A stretch of 63,298 nucleotides of DNA, the filler included, from Bipalium vagum (lineage: Eukaryota): NCBI GenBank assembly GCA_037834085.1. It is 3 parts of 3 records of this genome, joined end to end, with 100 filler letters (N's around TTAATTAATTAA, not from the genome) between each part and the next. Parts side by side here need not be neighbours in the genome. Positions count along the whole stretch, not along the records: positions 1 to 28,884 come from JBBMKC010043992.1; 2 more parts are not named here. One strand, given 5' to 3'. The position numbers were made by a program, and so were the translations under genes. The notes below the pieces were generated by a model. That model made no database searches, was not told where the DNA came from, and was given only the letters and a program-made list of their open reading frames with translations. Below, one piece after another: positions 1 through 11,864 of the stretch; the stretch's first letter is position 1, and each line of letters opens with the position of its first letter.

Positions 1-417
1 AATTATAAACATATGAACATTGTTCAAAATCATCTCTCATTCCAAAATGTCCCCATAAACTAACTAAACAAATTTTACCTATAAGTTGAAATAATATTTT
101 ATTACTGTATTTATTTACTGAGAAAATTTTTAACATAGTAATATGATTAATTAACTTGTTCATTTCACTATAGCTAAGATGATAGCTAAAATAATTTTTT
201 CGTAGTTGGTCTTGAAACAGTAAATTTTACTATAAATATTAAAATTAAATAATTTTTATTATAATCACTGTTATGGTTCAACTTCAACGAAAATTAAATC
301 TGACAAAAATTCTGTTATTGAAAAGTTAGCAAAAATCAGAAAAATCTAAGAAGTGCTGTCGAAATTTCAGGACTAAAAATGAAATTAAAGAAAAATTGTA
401 AAATTAAACTAAAAAAA

Positions 418-1332
418 TTATTTTTCGAATATACGCCTTTTATTAAATTAATACAAAATTTATTGAAATATATATTTTCATGAAACATGTTTTGAACTTT
501 TATTTTTCAGTTCTTATTAGGTTGTCCCATAAGTTTTGTACTTTTTGAAAAAAAACTTTATTTACAAAATTTATTTAAAACATAAAACTTTATAAATCAA
601 TATATTCTCTATTATGTTCGATAACTTCATGCCATTATGTGATCAGCATTTGGACGCAGACTTCGATAAGCTGCTATCATTTTCTGCAATTGTTCACAGT
701 ATACATTAGCAGTAACTGTGGTATTATCAGGAAGCAGCTCAAGATAAATTATTCCCTTTGAATCCCACCAAACTGACAGCAACACCATTTTACCGTGGAT
801 TTTATGTTTCAGAATCTTTTTTGGGTTTTCGAAGGATTCAACCCATTGTGGTTTCTTGGTGGGGTTATCGTACCTAACCCATTTTTCATCTCCACTAATA
901 ATTTGGTCAATCCAAGAAAACGTCCGTCTGCGAGAGAGCAATGAGATTGATATGGCACAACGGTTCAATTTTTGTTGATCGGTCAGTTCATGAGGTATAA
1001 CTTGACCAAATTTTGGCCTTCTTCCTGAGTTCCTCAGATGACGATGGATAGTTTTTTTGGTAGATCGAGTGTTGAAGCAAGTTCCCTGACACTTGCCATG
1101 AGTTCCTCGATAAGTGCAGATTTTATGGTATCATTAAGATCGAAAAATTGATCCAAAATAATCAAGAAAAATATTTTTAATTTTTAGATACCGTTTTTTA
1201 GTGATTTAAAATGTAAATATCAAAAAGATTGACTGATGAAGAACTGAAAAATAAAAGTTCGAAACATGTTTCATGAAAATATTTGAATAAATTTTGTATT
1301 AATTTAATAAAAGGCTTATATTCGAAAAATAA
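418..1332. repeat. Long inverted repeat (arms ~418-515 and ~1239-1332) bracketing a mariner remnant; foldback/MITE-like
   Basis: Left arm ttatttttcgaatatacgccttttattaaattaatacaaaattt...catgaaacatgttttgaacttttatttttcagttctt is the near-exact reverse complement of aagaactgaaaaataaaagttcgaaacatgtttcatg...aaaaggcttatattcgaaaaataa. Weaker inverted similarity extends to ~188-217 vs ~1686-1720. Confidence 0.8.
517..1140 (-). mobile_element. Degenerate mariner (Tc1/mariner) transposon fragment
   Basis: ORF 627-968 has the mariner motifs GDEKW-YDN, LLSVWWDSKGIIYLELLP and TANVYCEQL. TA followed by the mariner-type TIR ttaggttgtcccataag at 515-533. Internally deleted. Confidence 0.85.
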
Positions 1333-1821
1333 AATTGTTCACAAGATTAAGATTAAAAAAAAGTGTTGTTTTCATAAAAATTTAAACATTTATATCTACC
1401 TACAACTTTGTGTAAGGTAAAACCGTATGAGCAGATCTACATATCAGAAAGTTTAAAAGTCATATTTTTATTGAATCTTCGGGATTTGTGAAAAGTTTTT
1501 TTCAATTGATTATTTTTATATTCTTTTACAATTTACATATAATTCTTGTAAGTTTTATCATAATTTTTTGATGATTTTGAATCTGTTTAAAAATAATTTA
1601 TAGTTGTAAATATAATATTGTCTAAAATGCTATATTGAATAAAGATGACTTTTTTAAAATTTCTACATTTACTTAAATTCTCATTTTCAAGACAAGTTGA
1701 CAAAGAAAATTAATTTTTATTAGATTAATTTATAGATTCACAGTAAATATATATTTTGATGACTGAACTTAACTACTATTTTAATTATAAGTTGTCTCTT
1801 AAAATAAAATTATTATCATTA

Positions 1822-2493
1822 CAGGGTTATGCAGAAATATATAGAAAAATATTCAAAATATATTGAAAATTATTCAAAATATATAGAAAAATATTCAGAA
1901 ATATATAGAAAAATTTTCAGAAATATAAAAGGGAAATGTACACTAAATAAACTATTGTTTTTCTATTGTTTCTATAAACCGCCTCATGTTGCGAAAATAA
2001 TCACTGAAATCTATATTGTTATGCACAAGTACTTCAGTAATCAATGATCCTGATCTATAATGGTTCTTATAAAGGATGATACAGTATTTGCGAATTGTAG
2101 CTGAGGCGAATATGGTGGCAGAAATCTGTAAGCAATACCTCGTTCTGTCAGTAACTTAATAACATCTTTGTGGTGATGGAACCTGCAATTGCCCATCACC
2201 AATACATCCCCAGAAATTCGATCGAAATGATTGCATAGATTGTCACTAATAAAGTCCATTGAAAGATCCGTCTTTGATTTCAAAGCATAAAATGCCTGTA
2301 ATTTTGATTTAATAAAAAACAGATGACAAAACAATGAAACCTGACATTTTAATAGCAACCGTGCAGCTTATATTTTTGTCTGACTAAAATGTAATCAAAT
2401 TTTAATAGAAAAAAATCGATTTTTTTCCTGTATATTTCTGAACAATTTTCTATGTATTTTGAATATTTTTCTATATATTTCTGCATAAACCTG
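1822..2493 (-). mobile_element. Non-autonomous IS630-like (DDE_3) element with CAGGGTTATGCAG TIRs and ~21-bp subterminal repeats, copy 1
   Basis: TA|cagggttatgcagaaatatatagaaaaatattc at 1820-1854 and the inverse ...tatatttctgcataaacctg ending at 2493. ORF 2041-2358 carries VLVMGNCRFHHHKDV and RFLPPYSPQL. High identity to the copy at 9844-10515. Confidence 0.9.
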
Positions 2494-2668
2494 GAATACT
2501 ATATTTATAGTTATTATTTAAAATTTCAAAATATTAAAAAATAAGTCTTGTTTTAATATTTAATTTTTAAAATTAATATTTTAATTTTAGCAATTAATAT
2601 AAAAGATAAATTGTATTTACAAAGAAAATCATTTTAGTTTTCACATATTTACGTTCATTAATATTGAA

Positions 2669-3301
2669 ATGACTAAAAGAACTTATCAAAAAAAATCAAT
2701 TGGAGTAGACAAAAGTGTACTAGGATACTTGATTCACAAAAGAAAAAATGATGTTACACCACCACGTAGAAAGGAAAAAACTTGCATTTCTAATAAAGAT
2801 AAAATGAATGCAATTAAATTAAGAAAGAGTGGAGCGACTTTCAAAGAGATTGGTGAAAAATATAATGTTCATAAAACAACTGTACAAGGTTGGTTTAATA
2901 AAGATAAAGCTCAAAATGAACAACTTAAAGCAAGAAAAAGCTTAAGTCTCCAATCAAAAAGATTTTTTAATAAAACCGTTGATATTCCAGAAAGGCTTTT
3001 TGAGAAAAAAATAAGTATTAACGAAGATCCGGATCCTATATCTCATAAGATTATCTACGAAGATATTCATGTGAAAATAGAAAAGATATCGGATGACAGG
3101 GCTTGTCAAATCAGTAATGATCAAAATCAAGAAAGACAAAAAATTATTACAGTTGAATCAAATAGAGTCTTTTTAGATAATGATAAATTAAAATTAATCC
3201 AGAATCAGTTGCAGCATGTTCTAAATGTAATTGAGATGAACAATGCACTCCAGACCTCAATTTTAAAAAATGTTTTGTCTATGTTGTCAGATAAAAATTA
3301 A
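2669..3301 (+). CDS. Intact single-exon 210-aa basic protein with a CENP-B/psq/transposase-type helix-turn-helix and a C-terminal amphipathic helix or coiled coil
   Basis: Uninterrupted 633-nt ORF in very AT-rich DNA. The segment ISNKDKMNAIKLRKSGATFKEIGEKYNVHKTTVQGW has the HTH pattern. NLS-like PPRRKEK. TATA-like tataaaag at ~2598-2605. No DDE domain or TIRs seen. Confidence 0.65.
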   Translation: MTKRTYQKKSIGVDKSVLGYLIHKRKNDVTPPRRKEKTCISNKDKMNAIKLRKSGATFKEIGEKYNVHKTTVQGWFNKDKAQNEQLKARKSLSLQSKRFFNKTVDIPERLFEKKISINEDPDPISHKIIYEDIHVKIEKISDDRACQISNDQNQERQKIITVESNRVFLDNDKLKLIQNQLQHVLNVIEMNNALQTSILKNVLSMLSDKN

Positions 3302-3930
3302 GGCCTGTTTAAGTCTCAAATTTGTATTTTATGATGTTAAATTAAAGTCTTAATTTTGACTTATTTTTCATTTAAATGTAAATATTAATGGAATTACAAT
3401 GTTTATTATTCAATAATTTTGGTAAATATTTAATTAAAATGTTGATACATTATTCTTTATCGTATGGTTCTATAATTAAAACAGTTTGAAAAACTTCATA
3501 AATAAAATTTAATCATTTGATTTTGACAGACATTTTAAATATCAAAGTTATTGTTTGACGAACAGATGTAAAAAGATATCTATTTTAAGATTTATTCCGT
3601 AGGATTACCATATTAAAAGCATTGTCACTTTCAAAACTATATTCACAAGACGTTGAATTTAGTACTATTTTATGTGGTTTGGAATCCTTTGGTAAGTTAA
3701 AATATGACATGATTTCGATTGTTTTAGTTGTGTCCGAAGATTTTCCACTTATTTTATAAAATTTGAAATGATTTATCTTAATTTGATAATTTCAGCTTAT
3801 TAATTAAAATCAAACTTCAATTTGGAGTCAATTCTATATTTTTAAAGTTCAGTTTAAAATTGTAATCTTCTTACTCAGGTGTGATTATTTGGAAGCAAGT
3901 TTGTCACTGTTTAATTAATATATACTCATC

Positions 3931-3966
3931 ATTCTTATAAAGATTTCCAACATCAAATGAAGCAAA
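3931..3966 (-). mobile_element. Possible Penelope-like retroelement RT motif remnant
   Basis: The minus strand reads FASFDVGNLYKN, resembling the PLE RT motif (S-F-D-V-x-S-L-Y/F-T-N). The surroundings are degraded. Confidence 0.3.
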
Positions 3967-6059
3967 GTATTCCTTTGTCAAGAATTTTTTTGTTTTAATA
4001 TCTTGTCCTTTAATTATAATCATGTTTGGCTACAAATTTTGTTTCCAAGATCTGTTGTTGTAATATGTAAAAATTGTATTATATTAACCTTCGACCTCGT
4101 TCCTATTTCGTAATTAATAAATTTTAAAAATAGGAAACAAAAAATGTTTTTAAAATTTCATTTCAGGTTAGTAATACATGTAAATATCGATTTATAGGTT
4201 TGTCTAATACAAAGAACCTACTAGAATAAAGGATTTTGATGGAAATTATTTGTATATAGTATAGTGTCCCCTTCCATGGCACCGTAATAGATATGAGAAT
4301 TGATGTTTTTAATTAAAAATGTGTTGGGTTCGTCAGAGTGATCGAAGATGATCTGATATTAAGGATAATGACTATAAAGGATCTGAAAATTATGATAACA
4401 GAGTAATTCATTGGATATTAATTATAATAAAATTATAAATAATAATTTCTTTCAAGTACGCGATTAGGGACTGATTATGTTATCATAAAATATTTTCCTT
4501 CAGGATTGAGAAAGTCAAATAATGATGAAATTAAAAACAAAATGATAGGCAGTCACAGCTGTCTAAATTAATTTTTTTCCGATTATTTTCTTTTAGAGCA
4601 GTGGTGGTTGTTTATGATTAGATTATAGACAACTGAGTGAGTTCACATAAAGAGCAAGTAGAGCTTGCTAGGTCAGAAAAAGAAAAGATAATGGCAATCA
4701 TCATTGATTCTGCAAAGTGAAAGGATTTTGAAAATTATTTTTTATTGGAGAAAAAATCAAGAGGTTTTTTGAAACTTAATATGTTAAGACATCATTGAAC
4801 ATATGACTGAAAGTTTTTACTGCTTGAAGCCTGAATCAGTAAAACAAGTGAATTCTGATGTCATCCAAAAAAATCAGAATTACAATGATTTTCTATTTGT
4901 TGACTTTCCGTCGAGCTCGGTTAGGGACAACCTAATCAACAATGAAACTCGTTGCTGATCAAGGAACCCGTAAGAATTATCCGACCGATGAGTTGTATCG
5001 TTTTTCTTTATTTGTTTTTTATTTTTAATATTTATTTTATCATTAATTCTGATTTCATTCTATTTTGCGAATTTTAATTAATTTTTCTTCTAGTTCTAGA
5101 CTTTTTTTAGCTATTGCAGTATTCTTATTTATTTATTAGTATTTTATTTTTGGGACGTGTGAATGCATAACAGCATGCGTTATCTTATTTGGCCGTTAAT
5201 GTATAGCTGGTGTGATTCAGAAGAGTTATAAATGTTATAAAATAGATTTGAAAAAAGTTAAGAAAAATAAATGGAATTTATTTTAAAAATTGAAATCAAA
5301 ATTTTATGAAATTAAAAAAAAATTAACAGAAAACTAAATAAAATTTGTTTTAGTTGGTTTAGAGCACCAGAATTTGTATATGTAGCAGGGGTCTCGAAGG
5401 ACAAAACTCATCGTCTAAATAAATTGTACAAAGTGGAAACCTGTAACATTCCATTGAAAAATCATCAAAACTAAATTCGATAACGTACATTAGTACGTAG
5501 AGCCGGAATAATCAAAACACTGCTAAATTGTAGAAGAAACTTTAAAAGTCAATGTGGTGGGTTATACTTTTAATTACTTAAATAAATTCTTATTTATATT
5601 ATCGAGTTCGTTTTACAATCAGGCTGTTTTAGATTCAACTTCATCAAGCAAAACACACCTTTGCTTCAGTAACTAATTTAATAAAAAAATTACTTATAAA
5701 TTTTATGTTTAAGATATAAAAAACAAAAGGAGAGATTATGTGGTTTTACTGAAAGCCCAAAATTCAATAAGAGATTCTTATTTCAAAAAATGATATATAA
5801 ACTTAAATCAAACATGAAAGTGTCTTGAATCTCAGTAAAGCATGTAAAGGACATATAGAACAAAAATATTGATTACAAAAGTCAATAAAAGGATAACATT
5901 GAGTTTAATGCCAAAAATGTCCAATGAAATGGGTATTTGTGAATCCAAAAGATATTATATTGTAAATTTCATTTCAACATTTGCATTGTATCTATCTTTT
6001 AAAATATTTAAAGATTCGATTAGGCTAGTTACTAGAATCAGTTCCATAGTAACTGACAT

Positions 6060-6330
6060 TCTGGTTTTAATGATTGTGTAATTTGAACTTTGTATGCATG
6101 GTAATACAAATCTTTTGTCAACATTTGTTGAAGAAACGTTTTTGAAAGTTTTTTTTCTTGATTCCGACGTGGAATTGAGGATGAAGGATTTTTGGACACA
6201 TATTCATTGACAACGACTATGATTTAATTCAATCAAGCAAAGCGGGTACGGACGGGAGATTTTCGGTCTTCAACTGTCCCGTATAGCTCAAATTTATTTC
6301 AAAAAATTTACAACCGCCTTGCGAGAATGA
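6060..6330 (-). mobile_element. Tc1/mariner-superfamily (rosa/DD41D- or maT-like) transposase N-terminal remnant
   Basis: The minus strand translates to KFELYGTVEDRKSPVRTRFA...KNPSSSIPRRNQE...KDLYYHAYKVQITQSLKP, matching the KFxxTGSVxD...GRPR...KDLxxHPYKIQxxQxL pattern. Confidence 0.6.
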
Positions 6331-7833
6331 GCATTGTGGAGACCATAAATAGAATTTAATGTTCGAAAAGTTGCCACTATCCATTAGTATAATGATTTTT
6401 TATAATTTCTATTAGCTATTGGTTTATTGATAAATTTTTCTTTCTCAAAATGTCTGTTGATTAATAAACAGTTTAAACAAAAAGTATGCACTTTGGTATT
6501 AATGAAAAAAAAACAGCAAATTTAAAATTTCATTCCTTTTTGGCACACAATGTATATTAAATAAATAAGTATACGTATATTATTTATTAGCTTAATACAT
6601 CTTGTAGTTAAGAATTATTACATATCTAACTGAAATATATCTTCAGATGTTTAGAAAACTTTACTAAATCAACTCTATTTTCTAATTAATAATTACTGAT
6701 TCGTATAAAAATTAAATTATTAAAAAACAGGTCAGCATATTAAGTCATAAAATTTAATTTATTTTATTTTATTCTTTTTAAAATTTCATTGTTAAATAAC
6801 ATATGACGCACCAACTGGTAAGGAAACGTGAACATTATTCCTTGGAAAAGTAATTTTATATAAAAATCTGGTTAATAACCGTAAGAAATGAAAATAATAT
6901 ATAAAATTTAATATAAATTTATACATAAATTATAATATAGGTAATAAGTTAATTTTTTATAATTATTGTAAAGAATATTTAATTTAATTTTTAATAATGA
7001 TGGTGAGATAATACCTATTTTGAAATCTTATTCTTCTTAAGGTGATTAATTAAGTTCTTTAAATTAAGAAATTTAATATTTTTGAAAATTAATTAATTAA
7101 TTAAATATATTTATATTGTATTTTTCAAAAACAAATAGAAATTGTTTAGATATTGAGTTTAATGATGGCTTTTAAAAAAATGTTATTTGTCTTTTATTTA
7201 CTTATAATGTCAAGAATTCATAAGAACCAATAAAATATACATAATAAAAAATCGATTTTAAATATATTTCTCAAATTCCTTAAACATGACATTTATTCAA
7301 AAAGAAACAGAGTTTATTTTATTATTTTTAAAATGATATTAATTAATAATGTCCCAGAAAATAGTTTAAAATATTTGCTGTTATATTTATGATTTCATTA
7401 CGGTATAAAGACCTAAAATATACTTTATACTTTATAAAATAATAATACTTTTAAATAATACTTTTAAAACAAGTAATTTCTCGCATAAACTCATTATAAA
7501 ACTACTGCTATTTATGACATTAAAGATTGTACTGTAGGCTAATAATAAGGCAAATATTAGTTGAGAGGTAATAAAATTTGAAATTTTAACAATGAATATA
7601 CGATATCAGCCTAAATTTCTTGGGTGATTTTTTTCTCAAATTTTACAATAAAAGGAAATTTATGGAATGCAATGATTAATATAATTTTAAAAATACACAA
7701 GAAATGTTTAACTATTATGTTTAAATGTTTAAATATATAAATGTATATATAAATATATAATGTTTAAATATTAGTCGTGTTTATAAGATGGTACAATAAT
7801 TTTGAATATTAAAATAATTATTAAAATAAAAAA

Positions 7834-8019
7834 ATGCTATCAAAAACTTTTATTGAAAAATCAGAAAAAACAACACCAGGTCACAAGGCTTCAAAAGAAA
7901 GATTGATTTTATTGTTAGGTGACAATGCAACTGGTGATTTAAAATTGAAGCCACTTTTAATCTATACACTTGAAAACAGTACAAGATACAAAAAGCTCAT
8001 CTTATCACAAACAAAATAA
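7834..8019 (+). mobile_element. Tigger/pogo transposase (DDE_1) fragment
   Basis: KTFIEKSEKTTPGHKASKERLILLLGDNATGDLKLKPLLIY matches the Tigger GxKxSKDRLTLLLGxNAxGDFKLKPLLxY motif. Confidence 0.85.
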
Positions 8020-8379
8020 AGTGAGTACAACTGAAAGACCCAAGAGTCTTCTAAAGCTCGATTCAATGAGGGAAACACTAATCTTGTCAAAAGACACACT
8101 TTTTATTATAATTTTTACTCTTAACTCACAAAAGGATAAAATCTGATCGAAAGATCTCTCAGCTTCAATTATCCATGTTAGAATCGTCTCTAGTTCTCAA
8201 AACCAGTATCTATGACAGTTTTGACAGCCATTTACTTCAAACGAGAAAATTTCATTGGATTTGGTCAATAGGGAAGTTAAAATTGACTACTACAGGATTA
8301 CTACAGGGCGCGTAATACCATTTTGAGAATAAACAATGGACATTTCAATAGAACTCAGCGCCTTTCTATAGAGCCAAAA

Positions 8380-8640
8380 TGGGGTAAATTTCAATTTGGT
8401 ATCACTATATAACTAGATTGATGAATAAAATATATGTCAAATTTGCAAAAAATTTCTGAAACGTTTGAAGGCAATAGTCAAAACAAAGGCAATTCTTATT
8501 AAAAAATAAATTATTATAAAATATAATTGTCTTCCATTTTATTTAATGTTGACACTTATTTATAGAGTTGTTTTTTAAAATGTTCTAAAAATTTAAAAAA
8601 TATATCTAAAAATATTTTTCTGGAACTTATTGTCACCCTG
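8380..8640 (+). mobile_element. 3' end remnant of a Tc1/mariner-superfamily element
   Basis: RLKAIVKTK...stop (typical RLKAxIKAKGG C-terminus) at ~8462-8510, followed by the terminal-like ggaacttattgtcaccctg at 8622-8640. Confidence 0.35.
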
Positions 8641-9843
8641 CGTAAAAAGGTCTAAAATAACAGTTGAATTTTTATAACACTGATAACTTTTACCAATGCA
8701 AGCATTTAAAATAACTTGGGGGTTGATCGCCTATCATTTGATTAAGGGAGAGGCTTTTCTCAATAAAAATGAATTTATTTCATTAGAATTTTCAAAAACC
8801 TTTTATATAACTTGTTAAATATCCAAGACGTAATGGTATATTTATCGGGTTTTTACTGGTCTTTTTACTGGTTTTATTCATTATAACTCAAACGTCCTGC
8901 TATTTATGTTTTTCATTCTGATATTATTATTTGAATAATCAAATTTTGGTCACAGAATTCGGCAAAAATTTCGAGTTAAGTTTCTTAATTTCTTGTATTG
9001 GTGTTACGACCAAAATAAAAATGTTTTGATAAAAATTTATTGTTTGAAACTTTGTTAAAAGATAAAATAACGTAGTTTAACTAATTTTAATCTTTAATTA
9101 TAAAAAATAATTATTTGTTGTTTCATTCAATCATAATCGTAGACATTTAAATCACATTTCCCCACAAAATTATTTGTCTTTACTCTTTGAAATAACAAAG
9201 ATTAAATTTATTACTTTATTTTGTTTAAATCTTATGATAATACGTCAATTATTTTTGCACTTTTCCCTTATTCTAAAATCATTTTTATCCCCTCTTTACT
9301 TAATTTGCCAGGTAATATTTTAAATTCATTATAATACAACATTTATCAAGAATGAGTAAATTCCGAATAAATAATTTTCTCAAGAACATTCTCGGTTTTG
9401 AAAAATACTAGTTTTTATAATCTGTGAACTTAGGCTTTTAATAATTTTATCTATAATGATCCAATCTGTTATCATGGAGTTTCAAAAATATAAAACCAAC
9501 AATACCAATAAGAAAATAAATTACAAAAAATTGCTGAAAATCTAATTAGACTATTGAAAAGTAATTTTTTGGATCAGCACAATATTGAAAAATTCAGACA
9601 CAAAAAACACGAAAAATCGAACCAACAAATAAAGAAGAAATCTGAAGGTAACCTGATGATATATCTTGATATCTCCACCCAAAAACAATAATTTATTTTT
9701 TATGTAACTTGAAATGAAATTCTGATTATATTTTCCATTTGCAAGGTGTGTTACGTGTAAGTTTAAATATTTTCTACGTATGAAAATTTATATATACAAG
9801 CACATTTATTTATATGTATATATTATATAATTATAAATAAGTA

Positions 9844-10515
9844 CAGGGTTATGCAGAAATATATAGAAAAATATTCAAAATATATAGAAAAATATTCGAT
9901 TGTTTCTGTTTGAATTTGTTGTTTACCAAAATTTTTAAAAATCAAATAAGATGAAAGATGAAATAAAGATACATGTTAATTTGTGTCGAAAGAAGCGAAC
10001 CTCCATCAATAAAATTATCATAAGAACAATCCGCCGAGATTTTGAAAAAAATATACCGGTAAAGGTAATTTCAAAAAATACGGATACAGCTGCAGCAACA
10101 ACATATAATGGACAATTGCAGGTTCCATCACCACAAATATGTTATTAAGTTGATGACAGAACGAGGTATTGTTTACAGATTTCTGCCACCATACTCCCCT
10201 CAACTAAACCAGATCGAAGAGTTTTTTAGCACCTTTAAGTCGCAAATATCATCCTTTATGAGAACCATTATAGATCAGAATGATTTAAAAGAATTGATTA
10301 CCAAAGTACTCATGCACGACGATATGGATTTCAGTGGTTATTTTCGCAACATGAGGCGGTTTATAGAAAAAGCCTTGGCGAGACAAGAATTTATTTAGTG
10401 TACATTTGTTATTTGAAATATTTTTTTCCTATATATTTCTGAATATTGTTCTATATATTTTGAATATTTTTCTATATATTTTGAATAATTTTCTATATAT
10501 TTCTGCATAACCCTG
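9844..10515 (+). mobile_element. Non-autonomous IS630-like DD34E element, copy 2, with matching TIRs and TA target duplication
   Basis: TA|cagggttatgcagaaatatatagaaaa ... ttttctatatatttctgcataaccctg|TA. The N-terminal ORF 9951-10148 is joined by a deletion to the C-terminal MDNCRFHHHK...LPPYSPQLNQIEE (34 residues between D and E). Confidence 0.92.
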
Positions 10516-10691
10516 TAAAATATTAAAAAAAATAAAATTCCTTTTTATCTTTATTCTACTTGTTTAAAAAACTAAATAATATAAATAATAATAAAATGTA
10601 AAAATTATAATAATAAAACTAATGATATTAATAATAATAGAAATAATTATTGTATAATAAATGTTATAGTCAATAAAAGTCAATACTTAAA

Positions 10692-10858
10692 GTTTTGATT
10701 TTTCAGAAGTCCAACTCCATTACTGTTGAAACAGTCTCAGATATGTATGGATGTAACCATGTCCAATAACTGTTTGGTTAAAGGCACTGTTGCAATTTTC
10801 CAATGAGGTTATTCGAATCAATAATTTATTTGATGACGAATATGACTGAAAGAAGCAT
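10692..10858 (-). mobile_element. Inverted ~165-bp copy of the internal part (~12515-12680) of the neighbouring Tc1 element
   Basis: The reverse complement reads ttcgtcatcaaataaattattgattcga...gcctttaaccaaacagtta...catccatacatatctgag...tgtttcaacagtaa...ggagttggacttctgaaaa, co-linear with 12515-12680. Confidence 0.85.
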
Positions 10859-11864
10859 ATTAATTAAGTCAATATAGTCAAAATTTAATTTGCCTTGTAA
10901 ATTAAAATAAAAATATTGTTATAATAATTCATAATTTAAAATGAAATTTTACATGTAAATAACAATAAAATAGTCAATTTAAATATAGGCTTGAGAATTT
11001 TGGAAAAACAGATACTACAAATAGTATCCTTAAAAGTATTAAGTATTAGAACTTATTAATAATAATAATAAATTTTACTAAATAAGGAAATATCATAAAA
11101 ATATATGATTACTAAAAAAAGTAACCAGAGAGATTTTTTAAAACGAAAATGAGGAGTACAAAACCTCTCATTTTCGTCATTAAAGTAGACATAACTTTCC
11201 TGTGCAAATAGCGAAATCGTGGATGTTATGATACAGTATTTTTGGATCTATTTTAAAATAAACATTTTATGCTTACTTAATCTCTATCTGAAAAATCGTA
11301 AGATCGATAGGTGATTAGGATAAATAATAATAACTTCCACACCTCCGAAAGAACGGATATAAAAGGCTGTTAGGTTATAGATTTGGAAAGAACTTGTGGC
11401 AAGACTATGCAATTACAAATCCTTCCCAACTGACTTTAAACCTAGAAAAACGCAAGTAATTAAAATATAAAACTTTTAATACTTAAATATTGAAAATCTC
11501 AATAACATCAAACCACATATATCTTTAATAATAAAAATGATACATAAATGTAAATATTTGAAAAATACAAGGGGCAGTTGAAAAGTTTCGGGAAGGAAAA
11601 TATGAAAAGCCTTAGTAAAAACTAAAAAAAATAATCATGGAATACGTTATTGAAATACTATATTACTTTTATCTCTTTATAAAAATCTCATTTGTTTAAA
11701 TAAATATTTAAATTTAAATATGGCATGCAAAGCGGAAAATATGAATTTATCAATGGAAAACTTTCGAGAAATGATTTTCTATGATTTCTGATGTGGATTT
11801 ACACAGCAGCAATGTTTCGATCGCCTAAATTTGGCATTTCCTGATGGTGCTTCATCGAAAACTA

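Noticed and set aside
1829-2047. ORF with repeated KYIEKYS peptide
   Set aside because: Translation of the ~21-bp subterminal repeats of the IS630-like element; not a gene, and not a CRISPR-like array (no unique spacers).
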